Positions 7,490 to 18,345 are shown, counted from the first letter of the stretch. The stretch: 64,000 nucleotides of DNA from an uncultured Chloroflexia bacterium (GCA_963728205.1 CAVSIV010000006.1:1792001-1856000); one strand, 5' to 3'. Made by a program: numbers and translations. Notes: generated by a model not told the origin, from the letters alone.

Positions 7490-9403
7490 GTGTCATCCAC
7501 CGGCGACGCCCTCATCGGCAGCACCCTCGACGGGCGCTACCGCGTGCTCCGTCGGATCGCCGACGGCGGGATGGCGACGGTCTACCTCGCGATGGACGAG
7601 CGCCTCGAACGGGAGGTCGCGCTCAAGGTCATGCGGCCGCACCTCGTGCACGACGAGAGCTTCGTCACGAGGTTCCGGCGTGAGGCCCGGGCCGCGGCGT
7701 CGCTCTCCCACCCCAACGTCGTGGGGGTCTTCGACCAGGGCCGGGACGGCGACCACATCTTCCTCGCGATGGAGATGGTCGACGGGCAGACCCTGCGCGA
7801 GGTCCTGCAGGCCGAGGGTCCGCTCTCCCCGAGGGCCGCCCTCGACATCCTCGAGCCAGTGCTCATGGCCCTCTCGGAGGCCCATCGCGAGGGCCTGATC
7901 CACCGCGACGTCAAGCCCGAGAACGTCATCATCAAGGACAATGGCGCCGTCAAGGTCGCCGACTTCGGCCTCGCCCGCGCCGTGTCGAGCCAGACGATGA
8001 CGAGCTCATCGGGGGTGCTCCTGGGCACCGTGGCCTACCTCTCGCCCGAACAGGTCGAGCGGGGTGTCGCGGATGCCCGTTCGGACGTCTACGCGGCCGG
8101 TCTGATGCTCTTCGAGATGCTCACCGGGACGAAGGCGTTCACGGGCGAGACCGCCATCCACGTCGCCTACCAGCACGTTCACGGTGGGGTGCCCGCGCCC
8201 TCGGACCGGATCGCCGGCCTCCCTCCCGCCCTCGACGAGCTGGTCGCGGTGGCCACCGCGCGCGACCCCGATGAGCGACCCACGGACGCGGGTGACTTCC
8301 TCGAGCTCGTCCAACGGACCCGCGCGTCCCTGGGCCCAACCGATCTCGACTCGCGCCCCGCCGGGTTGGCGGCGGAGCAGGCCGCGAGCACCCCCACCGC
8401 GACCGCAGCCCTGCCCGTGGACGACCCCGCGACGCCGGCGTCCGGCGCCGAGGTGGGGACGCAGGGCGACACCACCGCGCTGTCGGTGTCGCCACCCCTG
8501 CGGGGCGTCGTCGTCGAGTCGCCTCCGCGGCGGCGTCGCTGGTGGCCCGCGATCCTCGCCTCGATGCTCATCGCCGCGATCACCGCGTGGTTCTTCGTGC
8601 TCGGGCCCGGCGCGACCTCGGCCGTGCCCGCCGTGCAGGGGCAGACCCAGGACCAGGCCGTGGCGGCCATCGAGGCGGTCGAGCTCGACGCCGTGGTGAG
8701 CGAGGCCTTCGACGAGGAGGCTCCCAAAGGTGAGGTGATGTCGGTCGATCCCCCGGCCGGCACCAACCTTCGCCGCGGCACCGACGTGCAGCTGATCGTG
8801 TCCAAGGGCCCGGAGCGGTATGCCGTGCCCGAGGTCGTCGGGACGACGCTGGCCGAGGCCCGGCTCCGGATCGCCGACGCCAGCCTCGCCGTGGGCGAGG
8901 TCACCGAGTCCTTCAGCGAGAAGGTGCCCGACGGCCAGGTGATCTCGACCGACCCAGAGCAGGGCGCCGAGCAGAAGAAGGGCACCGAGGTGGCGCTCAC
9001 CGTGAGCAAGGGGCGCAAACCGATCACGGTCCCCGACGTCACCGGCGCGAGCTCGTCGGCGGCGGCGAAGCAGCTCACCGAGCTGGGCCTGACCGTCGAC
9101 GCCACGGAGCAGGAGAACAGCGACACCGTGGCCGAGGGCGACGTCATCCGGCAGAGCCCCGCCGACGGCACCCTCTTCAAGGGCGACGAGGTCAGCCTCG
9201 TGGTGTCCAAGGGACCGGTCATGGTCGACGTCCCCAACGTCGTCGGTCAGCAGCTCACCGAGGCTCGGAAGGCCCTGGAGGACGTGGGCTTCACGGTGGA
9301 GGTGCGCAAGGCACTCGGCGGGTTCTTCGGGACCGTCCGACTCCAGGACCCGGCGGGCGGCACGGCACCCAAGGGCAGCACCGTCACGCTGACGATCGTC
9401 TGA
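7490..9403 (+). CDS. Stk1/PknL-type Ser/Thr kinase with a TM helix and four PASTA domains
   Basis: GGMATVY, VALK, IHRDVKPEN, DFGLAR, YLSPEQ; TM segment WWPAIL...; PASTA repeats (VPAV, VPEV, VPDV, VPNV). Start uncertain (7451-7490). Confidence 0.93.
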   Translation: MSSTGDALIGSTLDGRYRVLRRIADGGMATVYLAMDERLEREVALKVMRPHLVHDESFVTRFRREARAAASLSHPNVVGVFDQGRDGDHIFLAMEMVDGQTLREVLQAEGPLSPRAALDILEPVLMALSEAHREGLIHRDVKPENVIIKDNGAVKVADFGLARAVSSQTMTSSSGVLLGTVAYLSPEQVERGVADARSDVYAAGLMLFEMLTGTKAFTGETAIHVAYQHVHGGVPAPSDRIAGLPPALDELVAVATARDPDERPTDAGDFLELVQRTRASLGPTDLDSRPAGLAAEQAASTPTATAALPVDDPATPASGAEVGTQGDTTALSVSPPLRGVVVESPPRRRRWWPAILASMLIAAITAWFFVLGPGATSAVPAVQGQTQDQAVAAIEAVELDAVVSEAFDEEAPKGEVMSVDPPAGTNLRRGTDVQLIVSKGPERYAVPEVVGTTLAEARLRIADASLAVGEVTESFSEKVPDGQVISTDPEQGAEQKKGTEVALTVSKGRKPITVPDVTGASSSAAAKQLTELGLTVDATEQENSDTVAEGDVIRQSPADGTLFKGDEVSLVVSKGPVMVDVPNVVGQQLTEARKALEDVGFTVEVRKALGGFFGTVRLQDPAGGTAPKGSTVTLTIV

Positions 9404-9410
9404 GCAGCCG

Positions 9411-10334
9411 GTGACCCCTCCTGCCGGCCACCCGCGGCTGGCCACCGCACTGCTCGTCGGTGTCACCGCCGTGTGGGGCTCGACCTTCTTCCTCATCCGC
9501 GACCTCGTCGAGACCGTCCCGCCAGCGGACTTCCTCACGGTGCGCTTCGGCGTCGCCGCCGTCGTCATGGTGCTGCTCTTCCGGCGCCAGACGATGGCGC
9601 TGACCCGCCGCGAGCTGCGGGTCGGCGTGGTGCTGGGCGTGCTCTACGGGCTCGCCCAGGTGCTCCAGACGTTCGGCCTGCAGACCACCGACGCGTCGGT
9701 GTCGGGCTTCATCACCGGCACCTACGTCGTGCTGACACCCGTGCTGGGGGCGGTGATCCTGCGCGATCGGATCGGACGCGTCACGTGGATCGCCGTCGGG
9801 CTCGCGACGGTCGGCCTGGCCCTGCTCTCGCTCAACGGCCTGGCGGTCGGGGTCGGCGAGGCCCTCACCCTCGCGTCGGCCGTGCTGTATGCCGCGCACA
9901 TCGTCGCCCTCGGCCACTGGTCCACGCCCGGCGCGGCGGTCGGTCTCGCCACCGTCCAGGCGGCGACGATCGCGGCGGTGACCGGCATCTGGGCGATCCC
10001 GGGAGGCCTCACGCTCCCCGCAACCGGCGGCCAGTGGGCCTCCCTGCTCTACATGGCGCTCATCGCCGGCGCGCTCGCGCTCTGGGCCCAGACCTGGGCG
10101 CAGGCACACCTCACCGCCACTCGGGCGGCGATCGTCATGGCACTCGAGCCGGTGTTCGCGGCCTTCTTCGCGGTGCTCCTGGGCGGGGAGAGCCTCACCC
10201 GGCGGATGCTGCTGGGAGGGGCCTTCGTCGTGTCGGCGATGTACCTCGTGGAGCTCCGCGGCGGGCCCCCTCGGGACCCCGAGGCCTCTGCTGCCGACGA
10301 TCCGCCGGTCGAGGCCCTCCACCACGACGTCTGA
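9411..10334 (+). CDS. DMT/EamA family transporter
   Basis: VWGSTF, RFGVAA, LQTFGLQTT, ALEPVFAA; about 10 hydrophobic segments. Confidence 0.9.
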   Translation: MTPPAGHPRLATALLVGVTAVWGSTFFLIRDLVETVPPADFLTVRFGVAAVVMVLLFRRQTMALTRRELRVGVVLGVLYGLAQVLQTFGLQTTDASVSGFITGTYVVLTPVLGAVILRDRIGRVTWIAVGLATVGLALLSLNGLAVGVGEALTLASAVLYAAHIVALGHWSTPGAAVGLATVQAATIAAVTGIWAIPGGLTLPATGGQWASLLYMALIAGALALWAQTWAQAHLTATRAAIVMALEPVFAAFFAVLLGGESLTRRMLLGGAFVVSAMYLVELRGGPPRDPEASAADDPPVEALHHDV

Positions 10335-10355
10335 GCGCCGCCGGTGCCCGGCCGC

Positions 10356-10679
10356 TCAGCTGTCCGCGCGGCAGCGCAGCGCCCAGGGGCGCGCCTCGAG
10401 ACGCTCGTCGCCGATCGGCCGGCCGCACACCTCACAGCTGCCGTAGGTGCCGTCCTCGGTCTTCCCGATGGCCACCCGCACCTGGTCCAAGGTGGCCAGG
10501 AGTCGTTCCTGGACCGCCACCGAGGTGAGTCGGTCGACGGCGATCGAGGTGCCCTCGCCGATGCGCTTGCCGAAAGAGATCGACCCGGTGTCGCCGGTCG
10601 GGCGGGTCAGCACGGCGAGCTCCTCGACCAGCGACCTCTCCTTCTCGAGCAGGAGGTCGCGCGCCGTGGGGGTGTCCAT
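10356..10679 (-). CDS. TraR/DksA C4-type zinc finger protein
   Basis: GTYGSCEVCGRPIGDERLEARPWALRC. Confidence 0.88.
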   Translation of the reverse strand: MDTPTARDLLLEKERSLVEELAVLTRPTGDTGSISFGKRIGEGTSIAVDRLTSVAVQERLLATLDQVRVAIGKTEDGTYGSCEVCGRPIGDERLEARPWALRCRADS

Positions 10680-10688
10680 GGGCTGACC

Positions 10689-11768
10689 CTAGACGGTGTC
10701 GCTCCCCCGCGACCGCTCAGCGGCGGACCCGCGCAGCACGGCCCTCGCTGCGTCGATCGCGACGTCCGTCCCCGCGTCGTCGACGTCGAGGTGCCAGACG
10801 GCCCGCACGGCGGCCGGCCCCACCGCGTAGGTGCGCACTCCGCGCTCGAGGAGCGCGGCGACGGCGTCCGCGGACGAGAGGCCGGTGGCCCCCACGTCGA
10901 GGACGACGATGTTGGTCTGCACGGTCGAGGGGTCGACGACGCCCGGTGCGGCCTCCGCGCACGCCACGGCGAAGCGCCGCGCCCTGGCGTGGTCGTCGGC
11001 GAGCCGCCCGACGTGGTGGTCGAGCGCGTAGAGGCCCGCCGCGGCCAGGATGCCGACCTGCCGCATCCCCGCGCCGTAGCGCTTGCGCCACACCCTCGCC
11101 TCGGCCATCCGGTCCGTGGAGCCGACGAGCAACGACCCGATCGGAGCACCGAGCCCCTTGGAGAGGCAGACGCTGACGGTGTCGAACTGCCCCCCGTACG
11201 CCGAGAGCGGGACACCGCTGGCCACGTGGGCGTTCCACAGCCTGGCCCCGTCGAGGTGCATCGCGACGCCGAGGGGCTGCGTCGCCTCGCGCACGGCACG
11301 GATCGCCTCGAGGGGCTGCACCGTGCCACCCCCGAAGTTGTGCGTGTTCTCGACGACGACGAGAGCGGTCTCGACCTGGTAGGGACCGACGCCTGTCGTG
11401 ACGAGCGACATCGGGCCCGCGGGGTCGAGCAGACCCCGCTCGGCCGGCCAGGACCGGCTCGTGATCCCGGAGAACGCCGCGGCGGCCCCGAGCTCGGCGC
11501 GGAGCACGTGCGCCAGGGAGTCGGCCACCAGCTCCTGCCCCGGTGAGACGTGCAGGCGCACCCCGAGCTGGTTCGCCAGGGAACCGGTTGGGCTGAACAA
11601 CCCGGCCTCGTGGCCGAGCAGCTCGGCGACCCGCTGCTCGAGCAGACGAACCGTGGGGTCCTCGCCGAACACGTCGTCACCGACGTCGGCCCACGCCATG
11701 GCCTCGCGCATCGCCGGGGTGGGCCGGGTGAGGGTGTCCGAGAGGAGGTCGGCGGCATACCCGCTCAT
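10689..11768 (-). CDS. ltaE: Low-specificity L-threonine aldolase
   Basis: SDTLTRPT, VGDDVFGEDPTV, ENTHNFGGG, HLDGARLWNA, CLSKGLGAP. Confidence 0.92.
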   Translation of the reverse strand: MSGYAADLLSDTLTRPTPAMREAMAWADVGDDVFGEDPTVRLLEQRVAELLGHEAGLFSPTGSLANQLGVRLHVSPGQELVADSLAHVLRAELGAAAAFSGITSRSWPAERGLLDPAGPMSLVTTGVGPYQVETALVVVENTHNFGGGTVQPLEAIRAVREATQPLGVAMHLDGARLWNAHVASGVPLSAYGGQFDTVSVCLSKGLGAPIGSLLVGSTDRMAEARVWRKRYGAGMRQVGILAAAGLYALDHHVGRLADDHARARRFAVACAEAAPGVVDPSTVQTNIVVLDVGATGLSSADAVAALLERGVRTYAVGPAAVRAVWHLDVDDAGTDVAIDAARAVLRGSAAERSRGSDTV

Positions 11769-11776
11769 GCCGGTCT

Positions 11777-13129
11777 TCAGTCCTGGTTGAGCATCTCGGC
11801 CACGAGGAACGCCAGCTCGAGGCTCTGCTGGTGGTTCAGCCGGGGGTCGCACACCGACTCGTAGCGCTGGCTGAGGTCGGCGTCGAGGATCTTCTCCGAG
11901 CCTCCGATGCACTCGGTGACGTCGTTGCCGGTCAGCTCGACGTGGATGCCTCCCGGCACCGTGCCGAGCCCCTGGTGGACCTCGAAGAAGCCGCGCACCT
12001 CCTCGACGACGTCCTCGAAGTCGCGGGTCTTGTAGCCCGAGGCGGACTCATAGGTGTTGCCGTGCATGGGGTCGCACACCCACGAGACCGTGGCCCCGGA
12101 CGCGGTGACCTTCTCCACGATGTGGGGCAGTGCCTCGCGCACGCGTCCCGCCCCCATCCGCGTGATGAAGGTGAGGCGTCCCGGCTCCCGGTCGGGGTCG
12201 ACCCGGTCGATGATGCGCAGCAGGTCGTCGGTGTCGGCGCTCGCCGAGACCTTGACTCCCACCGGGTTGCGCACGGTCGACACGAAGTCGATGTGTGCTC
12301 CGTCGAGGTCGCGGGTGCGCTCGCCCACCCAGACGAAGTGGCCCGAGGTGTCGTAGAGCTCACCGGTGCGCGAGTCGACCCGGGTCATCGGCCGTTCGTA
12401 GTCGAGCACGAGGGCCTCGTGTGCCGAGAAGAACTCGGTGCTGCGCATCGCCTCGAAGTCGGCGCCACAGGCATTCATGAACTTCATCGCCTTGTCGATG
12501 TCCTTGGCGAGCCGCTCGTAGCGGACGTTCGCGGCGTTCGCGACGAAGCCCTTGTTCCAGTCGTGGACGTGTCGCAGGTCGGCGAAGCCGCCCGTGGTGA
12601 AGGCGCGCACGAGGTTGAGCGTGGCGCTGCTCGCGTGGTAGGCGCGGACCAGCCGCTGGGGGTCCGGGGTGCGTGCGTCGAGCGTGAACTCGAAGTCGTT
12701 GACGATGTCTCCGCGGAAGGCCGGGAGCGTCACGCCGTCACGGGTCTCGGTGCCGCTGCTGCGTGGCTTGGCGTACTGCCCCGCCATCCGGCCGACCTTC
12801 ACGACGGGAACGGATGCGCCGTAGGTGAGGACGGCGGCCATCTGCAGGATCGTCTTGACCCGGTCCCGGATGTTGTCGGCCGTGGCGGCCGCGAAGGTCT
12901 CGGCGCAGTCCCCGCCCTGCAGGACGAACGCCTCGCCCCGGGCCACCGAGGCCATCCGGTCCTTGAGCACGTCGCACTCCCCCGCGAACACGAGGGGTGG
13001 ATAGCTCGCCAGGGTCGCCACCGCGTCGTCGAGCGCCGCGCGGTCGGGCCAGACCGGCTGCTGGGCCGCAGGCAGGTCAGCGCCCGCGGCGAGCCGCTGG
13101 AGGGGGTCGGTGTCGGTCGGCGTGCTCAC
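11777..13129 (-). CDS. Class II DAHP synthase
   Basis: LQGGDCAETF, GRMAGQYAKPRS, WVGERTR, CDPMHGNT, CDPRLN. Confidence 0.95.
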   Translation of the reverse strand: MSTPTDTDPLQRLAAGADLPAAQQPVWPDRAALDDAVATLASYPPLVFAGECDVLKDRMASVARGEAFVLQGGDCAETFAAATADNIRDRVKTILQMAAVLTYGASVPVVKVGRMAGQYAKPRSSGTETRDGVTLPAFRGDIVNDFEFTLDARTPDPQRLVRAYHASSATLNLVRAFTTGGFADLRHVHDWNKGFVANAANVRYERLAKDIDKAMKFMNACGADFEAMRSTEFFSAHEALVLDYERPMTRVDSRTGELYDTSGHFVWVGERTRDLDGAHIDFVSTVRNPVGVKVSASADTDDLLRIIDRVDPDREPGRLTFITRMGAGRVREALPHIVEKVTASGATVSWVCDPMHGNTYESASGYKTRDFEDVVEEVRGFFEVHQGLGTVPGGIHVELTGNDVTECIGGSEKILDADLSQRYESVCDPRLNHQQSLELAFLVAEMLNQD

Positions 13130-13181
13130 GGGCCAAGGATAGGTGCCGCCCGACCCGTTCGCCGACGGGCCCGTATGCCGG

Positions 13182-13916
13182 TCAGCCCGCCGAACCGCTC
13201 ACCGGGTCGTCCTCGAGCCCGTGGGAGAGGGCGAACCTGACGAGTTCGACGCGGTTGTGCAGGTGCAGCTTGCCGAGGGTGTTCTGGACGTGGTTCTGCA
13301 CGGTGCGGTGCGAGAGGTGCAGCTCCTTGGCGATCTCCTTGTACGACATCCCGGTCGCCACGAGCCGGAGCACCTCCGTCTCGCGCTCGGTGAGCTCGGG
13401 GATCGGCCGCGACGCCGCCTCCTGCGCAGGTTCCGAGGGCTCCGCGGGGTCACTGGCCATCCGCCGGAACTCGCCGAGGACCAAGCCCGCGAGCCCCGGC
13501 GTGAAGACGGCTTCACCGCGGGCCGTGGCCCGTACGGCATCGACGATCTCCGCCGCCGAGGCCGACTTCACGAGGTAGCCCGTCGCCCCCGCCTTGATCG
13601 CCGCGAGCACGTCGCGCTGCTCGCCGCTGGCGCTGAGGATCAGCGCTCTGGTGGGCACGTCCCCGAGCGCCCGGCAGACCTCGTCGCCGCGCATCCCGGG
13701 GAGGTTGAGGTCGAGCACCAGGACGTCCGGGCGGGTGGCACGGGCCCGGCGGACCGTTGCGGGGCCGTCACTCGCCGTTGCCACGACCTGGAGTCCGTGC
13801 GCGACGAGGTCTCGTTCGAGTGCCGACAGCCAGAGCGGGTGGTCGTCGGCGACGAGCACCGTGACGGGTCGGTCAGCCGACCGCCCGTCGCGTCTCGTGG
13901 GCTGCTGCCCGGTCAT
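13182..13916 (-). CDS. NarL/LuxR-family response regulator (MacR-like)
   Basis: VADDHP, LDLNLP, GYLVKS receiver; LTERETEVL...HRTVQNHVQN HTH. Overlaps the kinase stop (ATGA). Confidence 0.9.
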   Translation of the reverse strand: MTGQQPTRRDGRSADRPVTVLVADDHPLWLSALERDLVAHGLQVVATASDGPATVRRARATRPDVLVLDLNLPGMRGDEVCRALGDVPTRALILSASGEQRDVLAAIKAGATGYLVKSASAAEIVDAVRATARGEAVFTPGLAGLVLGEFRRMASDPAEPSEPAQEAASRPIPELTERETEVLRLVATGMSYKEIAKELHLSHRTVQNHVQNTLGKLHLHNRVELVRFALSHGLEDDPVSGSAG

Positions 13917-15091
13917 CGGCGCTCCGCGGGGGGTCGGGGGATGGCGATCCGCACGACGCAGCCGCCTCCGGGTCGGGTGGTCCAGGTCGCCGTGCCGCCC
14001 AGGTCCTCGACCCGACCACGGATCGAGGAGCTGACGCCGAGCCGTCCGGAGTCGGCGGCGCCCAGCAGGTCGGAGACGTCGGCCCCGAGGCCGTCGTCGC
14101 GGATCGTGAGCTCGATGCCCGAGGGGTCGCCCTCGAGCAGGACCCACGCCCGGGCGTCCCTGCCGGCGTGTCGGTCGACGTTGTCCAGCGCCGCCGCCAC
14201 CGCGGCGTCGACCTCGGTCGCCACGGCTCGCTCCAGTGGTACGGCGTCGGCCGGCACCACCACGGTGACGCCCGGGCGCTCCCGGGCGGTGAGCAGGTGG
14301 CGCAGGTCGACCTCGTCCTCGGCGCGCAGGTCCGGTGGGGTCGCCGGGAGGTCCGGAGCCCCCGTGCCGGAGACGAACCGCCGCAGCGAGCGCTCCTGTT
14401 CCGCCGCGAGCACCGCCAGCTCCGCAGCCTCTCCCCCGAGCTCGGCGCCACGGCGGTGGATGTAGGCCAGCGACTGCAGGACCCCGTCGTGGACCACACG
14501 GGCGATCCGCTCCCGCTCGCGGAGCCGCTCCTGCTCGAGGAGCACCTGCTCCTCGCGCTCCAACCCCGTGCGCGCCAGGTCCACCGCCAGGCCGACGAGG
14601 CCCCCGAGCAGCACGAGCAGCACGATGTTGTGGATCGTCGACTGGGTGGGCTGCCCGACCTCCACGAGGTCGGCGAGGGCGATGACCGCCGCGGCGAGCA
14701 ACCCGCCGCGGGCACCCGCGACCACGGCGCCCCCCGCGACCGACCCCGCCACCCAGATCGTGGGGATGGTGAACTGTCCGGCCGCGATCGCCTCGGGCGA
14801 CTCGGCGAGCATCGTCGCGAGGATCCCGAGCACCGAGATCGAGACCTCGATGACGATGATCCGCACGGTGCGCCGGCGATAGGCCAGCAACCCGATCGAC
14901 CAGGCAGCCATCACCCCAAGGACGACTGCTGCCACCCAGGGCCGCACCATCGTCTCGTGCCGGTCCCAGGCGAGCCAGGCGGCGTAGACGACCGCCAACG
15001 GCCGGAAGACGTCGAGGCCGCGGTGGAAGGACTCCACCACGACCGGCTCGCGCCTGCCGGTTCGGGGCGAGCGCGGCCCCAGCACTCCCAT
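13913..15091 (-). CDS. MacS-like membrane sensor histidine kinase
   Basis: N-terminal TMs; ERERIARVVHDGVLQSL (HisKA_3); NVDRHA, IRDDGLG, GRLGV ATPase motifs. Confidence 0.9.
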   Translation of the reverse strand: MGVLGPRSPRTGRREPVVVESFHRGLDVFRPLAVVYAAWLAWDRHETMVRPWVAAVVLGVMAAWSIGLLAYRRRTVRIIVIEVSISVLGILATMLAESPEAIAAGQFTIPTIWVAGSVAGGAVVAGARGGLLAAAVIALADLVEVGQPTQSTIHNIVLLVLLGGLVGLAVDLARTGLEREEQVLLEQERLRERERIARVVHDGVLQSLAYIHRRGAELGGEAAELAVLAAEQERSLRRFVSGTGAPDLPATPPDLRAEDEVDLRHLLTARERPGVTVVVPADAVPLERAVATEVDAAVAAALDNVDRHAGRDARAWVLLEGDPSGIELTIRDDGLGADVSDLLGAADSGRLGVSSSIRGRVEDLGGTATWTTRPGGGCVVRIAIPRPPAERR

Positions 15092-15102
15092 GACGGGACC
15101 GA

Positions 15103-15909
15103 TCAGCTCGCGCGCCGCCGGGGACCGTCGTCGTCCTCGAGCCCCTCGGCGTCGAGGGCTTCCTCCAGCTCGGACACGGCTCGACCGGGTCGGGCCGCCT
15201 CTGCGACCTCCTTGGCCTTGTTCTTCTTGTCGCGCGCGATGCGCTCCTTCATCGCCGCGGCGTACATGTCGACGTACTCCTGGCCGGAGAGCTCCATGAG
15301 GGCGTACATCAGCTCGTCAGTCACAGAGCGGAGCACGAAGCGGTCGCCGGACATGCCCTCGTACCGGCCGAAGTCCAGCGGCTCACCGATGCGCACACCG
15401 ACCCGGATGAGCTTGGGGATCTTCGTTCCCGTCGGCTGGGCCTTGTCGGTGTCGACCATTGCGACGGGGATGACGGGAACGCCTGCCTCGAGCGCCATCC
15501 TCGCGACCCCGGTCTTGCCCTTGTACAGGCGTCCGTCCGGACTGCGGGTGCCCTCGGGGTACAGGCCCAGGAACTCTCCCCTCCCGAGGACCTTCATGCC
15601 CGAGCGCAGGGCTGCCTCGCTGGCGCGCCCGCCGGAACGGTCGACGGGGAGCTGACCGACCCCCTTGAAGAACGCGGCCGTCATCCGGCCCTTCAGCCCC
15701 ACCCCGGTGAAGTAGTCCGCCTTGGCGAGGAACGTCATCCGCCGCGGCACGACGAGGGGCAGGAAGATCGAGTCCGAGAAGGACAGGTGGTTGCTCGCGA
15801 AGATCGCGGCCCCCTCCTCCGGGATGTGCTCCGATCCCTCGACCCACGGCCGGAACAGCAGTCGCAGGATCGGCCCCAGGACCACCGTCTTCAAGAACCA
15901 GTAGAACAC
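15103..15909 (-). CDS. plsC: 1-acyl-sn-glycerol-3-phosphate acyltransferase
   Basis: VFYWFLK...SNHLSFSDS, FLAKADYF, YPEGTRS; C-terminal part of the 756-aa ORF. Confidence 0.9.
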   Translation of the reverse strand: MFYWFLKTVVLGPILRLLFRPWVEGSEHIPEEGAAIFASNHLSFSDSIFLPLVVPRRMTFLAKADYFTGVGLKGRMTAAFFKGVGQLPVDRSGGRASEAALRSGMKVLGRGEFLGLYPEGTRSPDGRLYKGKTGVARMALEAGVPVIPVAMVDTDKAQPTGTKIPKLIRVGVRIGEPLDFGRYEGMSGDRFVLRSVTDELMYALMELSGQEYVDMYAAAMKERIARDKKNKAKEVAEAARPGRAVSELEEALDAEGLEDDDGPRRRAS

Positions 15910-16024
15910 CCGACCACCCTTCCAGAGCGTGTGCGCCGACTCTAGTGCACAGGGTCGCACGCTCGTCCCGGTCGGCGCGCGTGCGAAGATCATCCTGGCA
16001 AGGCCCCCTCCGAAGGAGCACCTC

Positions 16025-16662
16025 GTGACCGATCGTGCCGGTGGCATGGACGAGCGGGATGTCGACGAGCTCTTCGCCTCGATCATCTCCCGCTGGGACT
16101 CGCCCCTGCCCTCGGCCCAGGACCCCCTGACGGACGCCGCCGACCCGCGGCCGAGGAACCCCACCGGTCCGACCCCACCGCCGAGGCCGAGTCCACCGCC
16201 GAGCCCGACGAGCCGACCACTCCCGACGCGTCTGCGCCTCCCGAAGGAACTGACCCGTCCGCTGCGCCCCAGGAGAAGCCGACCCGTCCGTCGTGGGTCA
16301 ACCCCTCCCCGATGGATGCCGTGCTGCCGCCCACAGCCTGGCGAGCCCCGGTGCCCACCCCCACGGGGGACGCGACGACCCGCCCCGGGGCCGACGCCGA
16401 GCCCGAGACGTCCGACGACGAGCACTTCGAGCCACCGGACGTGCGGCTGCCGCCCCAGGAGGACCTGCACTTCTGGGGTGCGGTCCTCGGGCTCGTCGCC
16501 GGGCCGCTCATGCTCCTGTACGTCGCCATGGCCCGTCCGTTCCACAGCACGAGGTGGTTCATCGCCGCGGTCGTCGTCTCCGTGCTCGGGTTCACCCTCC
16601 TCGTGCTGCGCCAACCCCGGCACCGGGACCCGACGAGCGGCGATGACGGAGCACGGCTCTGA
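16025..16662 (+). CDS. Conserved membrane protein; frameshifted
   Basis: N-terminus DVDELFASIISRW in one frame, DDEHFEPP plus two TMs and DPTSGDDGARL in another; SD AAGGAG. Confidence 0.65.
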
Positions 16663-16678
16663 CCCCACCGACGGCGGC

Positions 16679-17373
16679 TCAGCCGACGGCGAGGTCCACC
16701 CACGTGGGCAGGTGGTCGCTCGCTGCGGCGAGCGCGGCTGCCGGCACGAGCACCTCGCGGTGCGGAAGAACCCGCAGGTCGGGCGAGGCGAGCACCACGT
16801 CGAGCCGACGACGAGGCGAGCGGGCCGGGTAGGTCGGCCCTCGGGGTGACACCGGCCGCAGCGAACCCCCCGCCAGCAGGGCCGCGAACGCCGGCCCGTT
16901 CTCGTCCTCGTTGAGGTCGCCGGCGACGACGAGGCACCTCCCGTCCCGAGACCACACCCTCGAGGATCCGACTCGACGTGGGAGAGACGCTCCTCGGGCC
17001 GGAGACCGAGGTGCACCGACACGACCACCACTCGGCGCTCGTCCTGCGTGGCGAGCTCGGCCACGGCATACCCCCTCGTCCGGTCCGGCCACCGCACCGG
17101 GAGCCGGTGGTGGTGGACCCGCTCGGCGCGGACCCGCTCCGAGACGAGGATGGTCGTGCCCCCGCTCCCGCGGTGCCCACCGGGCCAGGACATCGAGCAG
17201 GCCCGCGCGAAGCGCGCCACCCGCACCCCGGACAGGAGCCGTCGGGGGACCTCCTGGAGGCAGAGCACGTCGGGGTCGATCGCCCGCACGACGCGAGCCG
17301 CGAGGTCGTGGTCGTCGAGGAAGTCACGGGTGTTGTACGAGGCGACCCGCAGCCGCTGCACGGGGTCGGTCAA
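16679..17373 (-). CDS. Endonuclease/exonuclease/phosphatase family protein; frameshift near 16975
   Basis: ASYNT, LCLQEVP, SVHLGL, then VAGDLNE, RLD, SDHLP in a second frame. Confidence 0.85.
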
Positions 17374-18345
17374 CCGGACGACGCGTCGGTGCGGGCGAGG
17401 TCCGCGGCGCCGACGAGGCCCGCCTCGTTGCCCATCTCGGCGGCCACGATGCGTGCCTCCGGCCGGTAGCCGCGACCGGTGAGCTGGCGCCTGAACGCCT
17501 CGCGCGCCGGGTCGAGGAGGAGGTCACCGGCCGCGCTGACCCCGCCACCGACGACGAACGTGCCGGGGTCGAAGGCCGCCGCGAGGTCGGCCATGCCGGT
17601 GCCGAGCCAGCGGCCGATCTCACCGATCAGCTCGACCGCGAGGGGGTCTCCTTCCCGTGCGGCCTGGGTGATGAGGGGACCGGTCAGGTCCTCGGGTCGA
17701 CCCTGGACGCGGTCGAAGAGGTCCGACACCACGGGACTGCCGTTCATCATCAGGGTCCTGGCCTCACGCACCAGGGCGTTGCCCGACGCGTACTGCTCCC
17801 AGCAGCCGCGGTTGCCGCACTCGCAGCGACTGCCGTCGGGGACCACCCGCATGTGACCGAACTCCCCCGCGATCCCGAACCTCCCCCGGATGACGTTGCC
17901 GTTGATGACGATGCCACCCCCGATGCCCGTGCCGAGGTTGACGAGCATGAGGTGGCTCTCGCCGCGGCCGGCCCCGTAGCGGTACTCGGCCCACACCGCC
18001 GCGTGGGCGTCGTTGTCGATGAACACGGGGAGGTCGACCCGTCGACCGAGGGCGTCCCGCAGCGGTTCGTTGCGCCAGGACAGGTGCGGGGCGAAGACGA
18101 CCGTGGCGTGGTCGGCGGCCACGAAGCCGGCGGCCCCGATGCCCACCGCACCGACGTCGGGGACGGCCTCCCGGAGCTCCTCGATCACCGAGACGATGGT
18201 GTCCTCGACGACTCGAGGGCTCTTGGACCGGTCCGGGGTGTCCCGCCGGGTGCGCAGCGAGGACGTGACCGGACTGGTCGACGACACCACCTGCCACCTT
18301 CGTCCCACCGATGTCGATCCCGATGGACAGCACGGACTCAGCCAT
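17370..18345 (-). CDS. glk: ROK-family glucokinase; frameshift near 18265
   Basis: IGIDIGGTK, then GIGAAG, DNDA, GTGIGGG, GEFGH, CECGNRGCWE. Confidence 0.92.

Noticed and set aside
15103-17373. 756-aa ORF appearing to fuse an EEP nuclease with PlsC
   Set aside because: A frameshift near 16975 runs the EEP N-terminus through the antisense of another gene into plsC. The EEP C-terminal motifs are in another frame and plsC has its own start at 15909.
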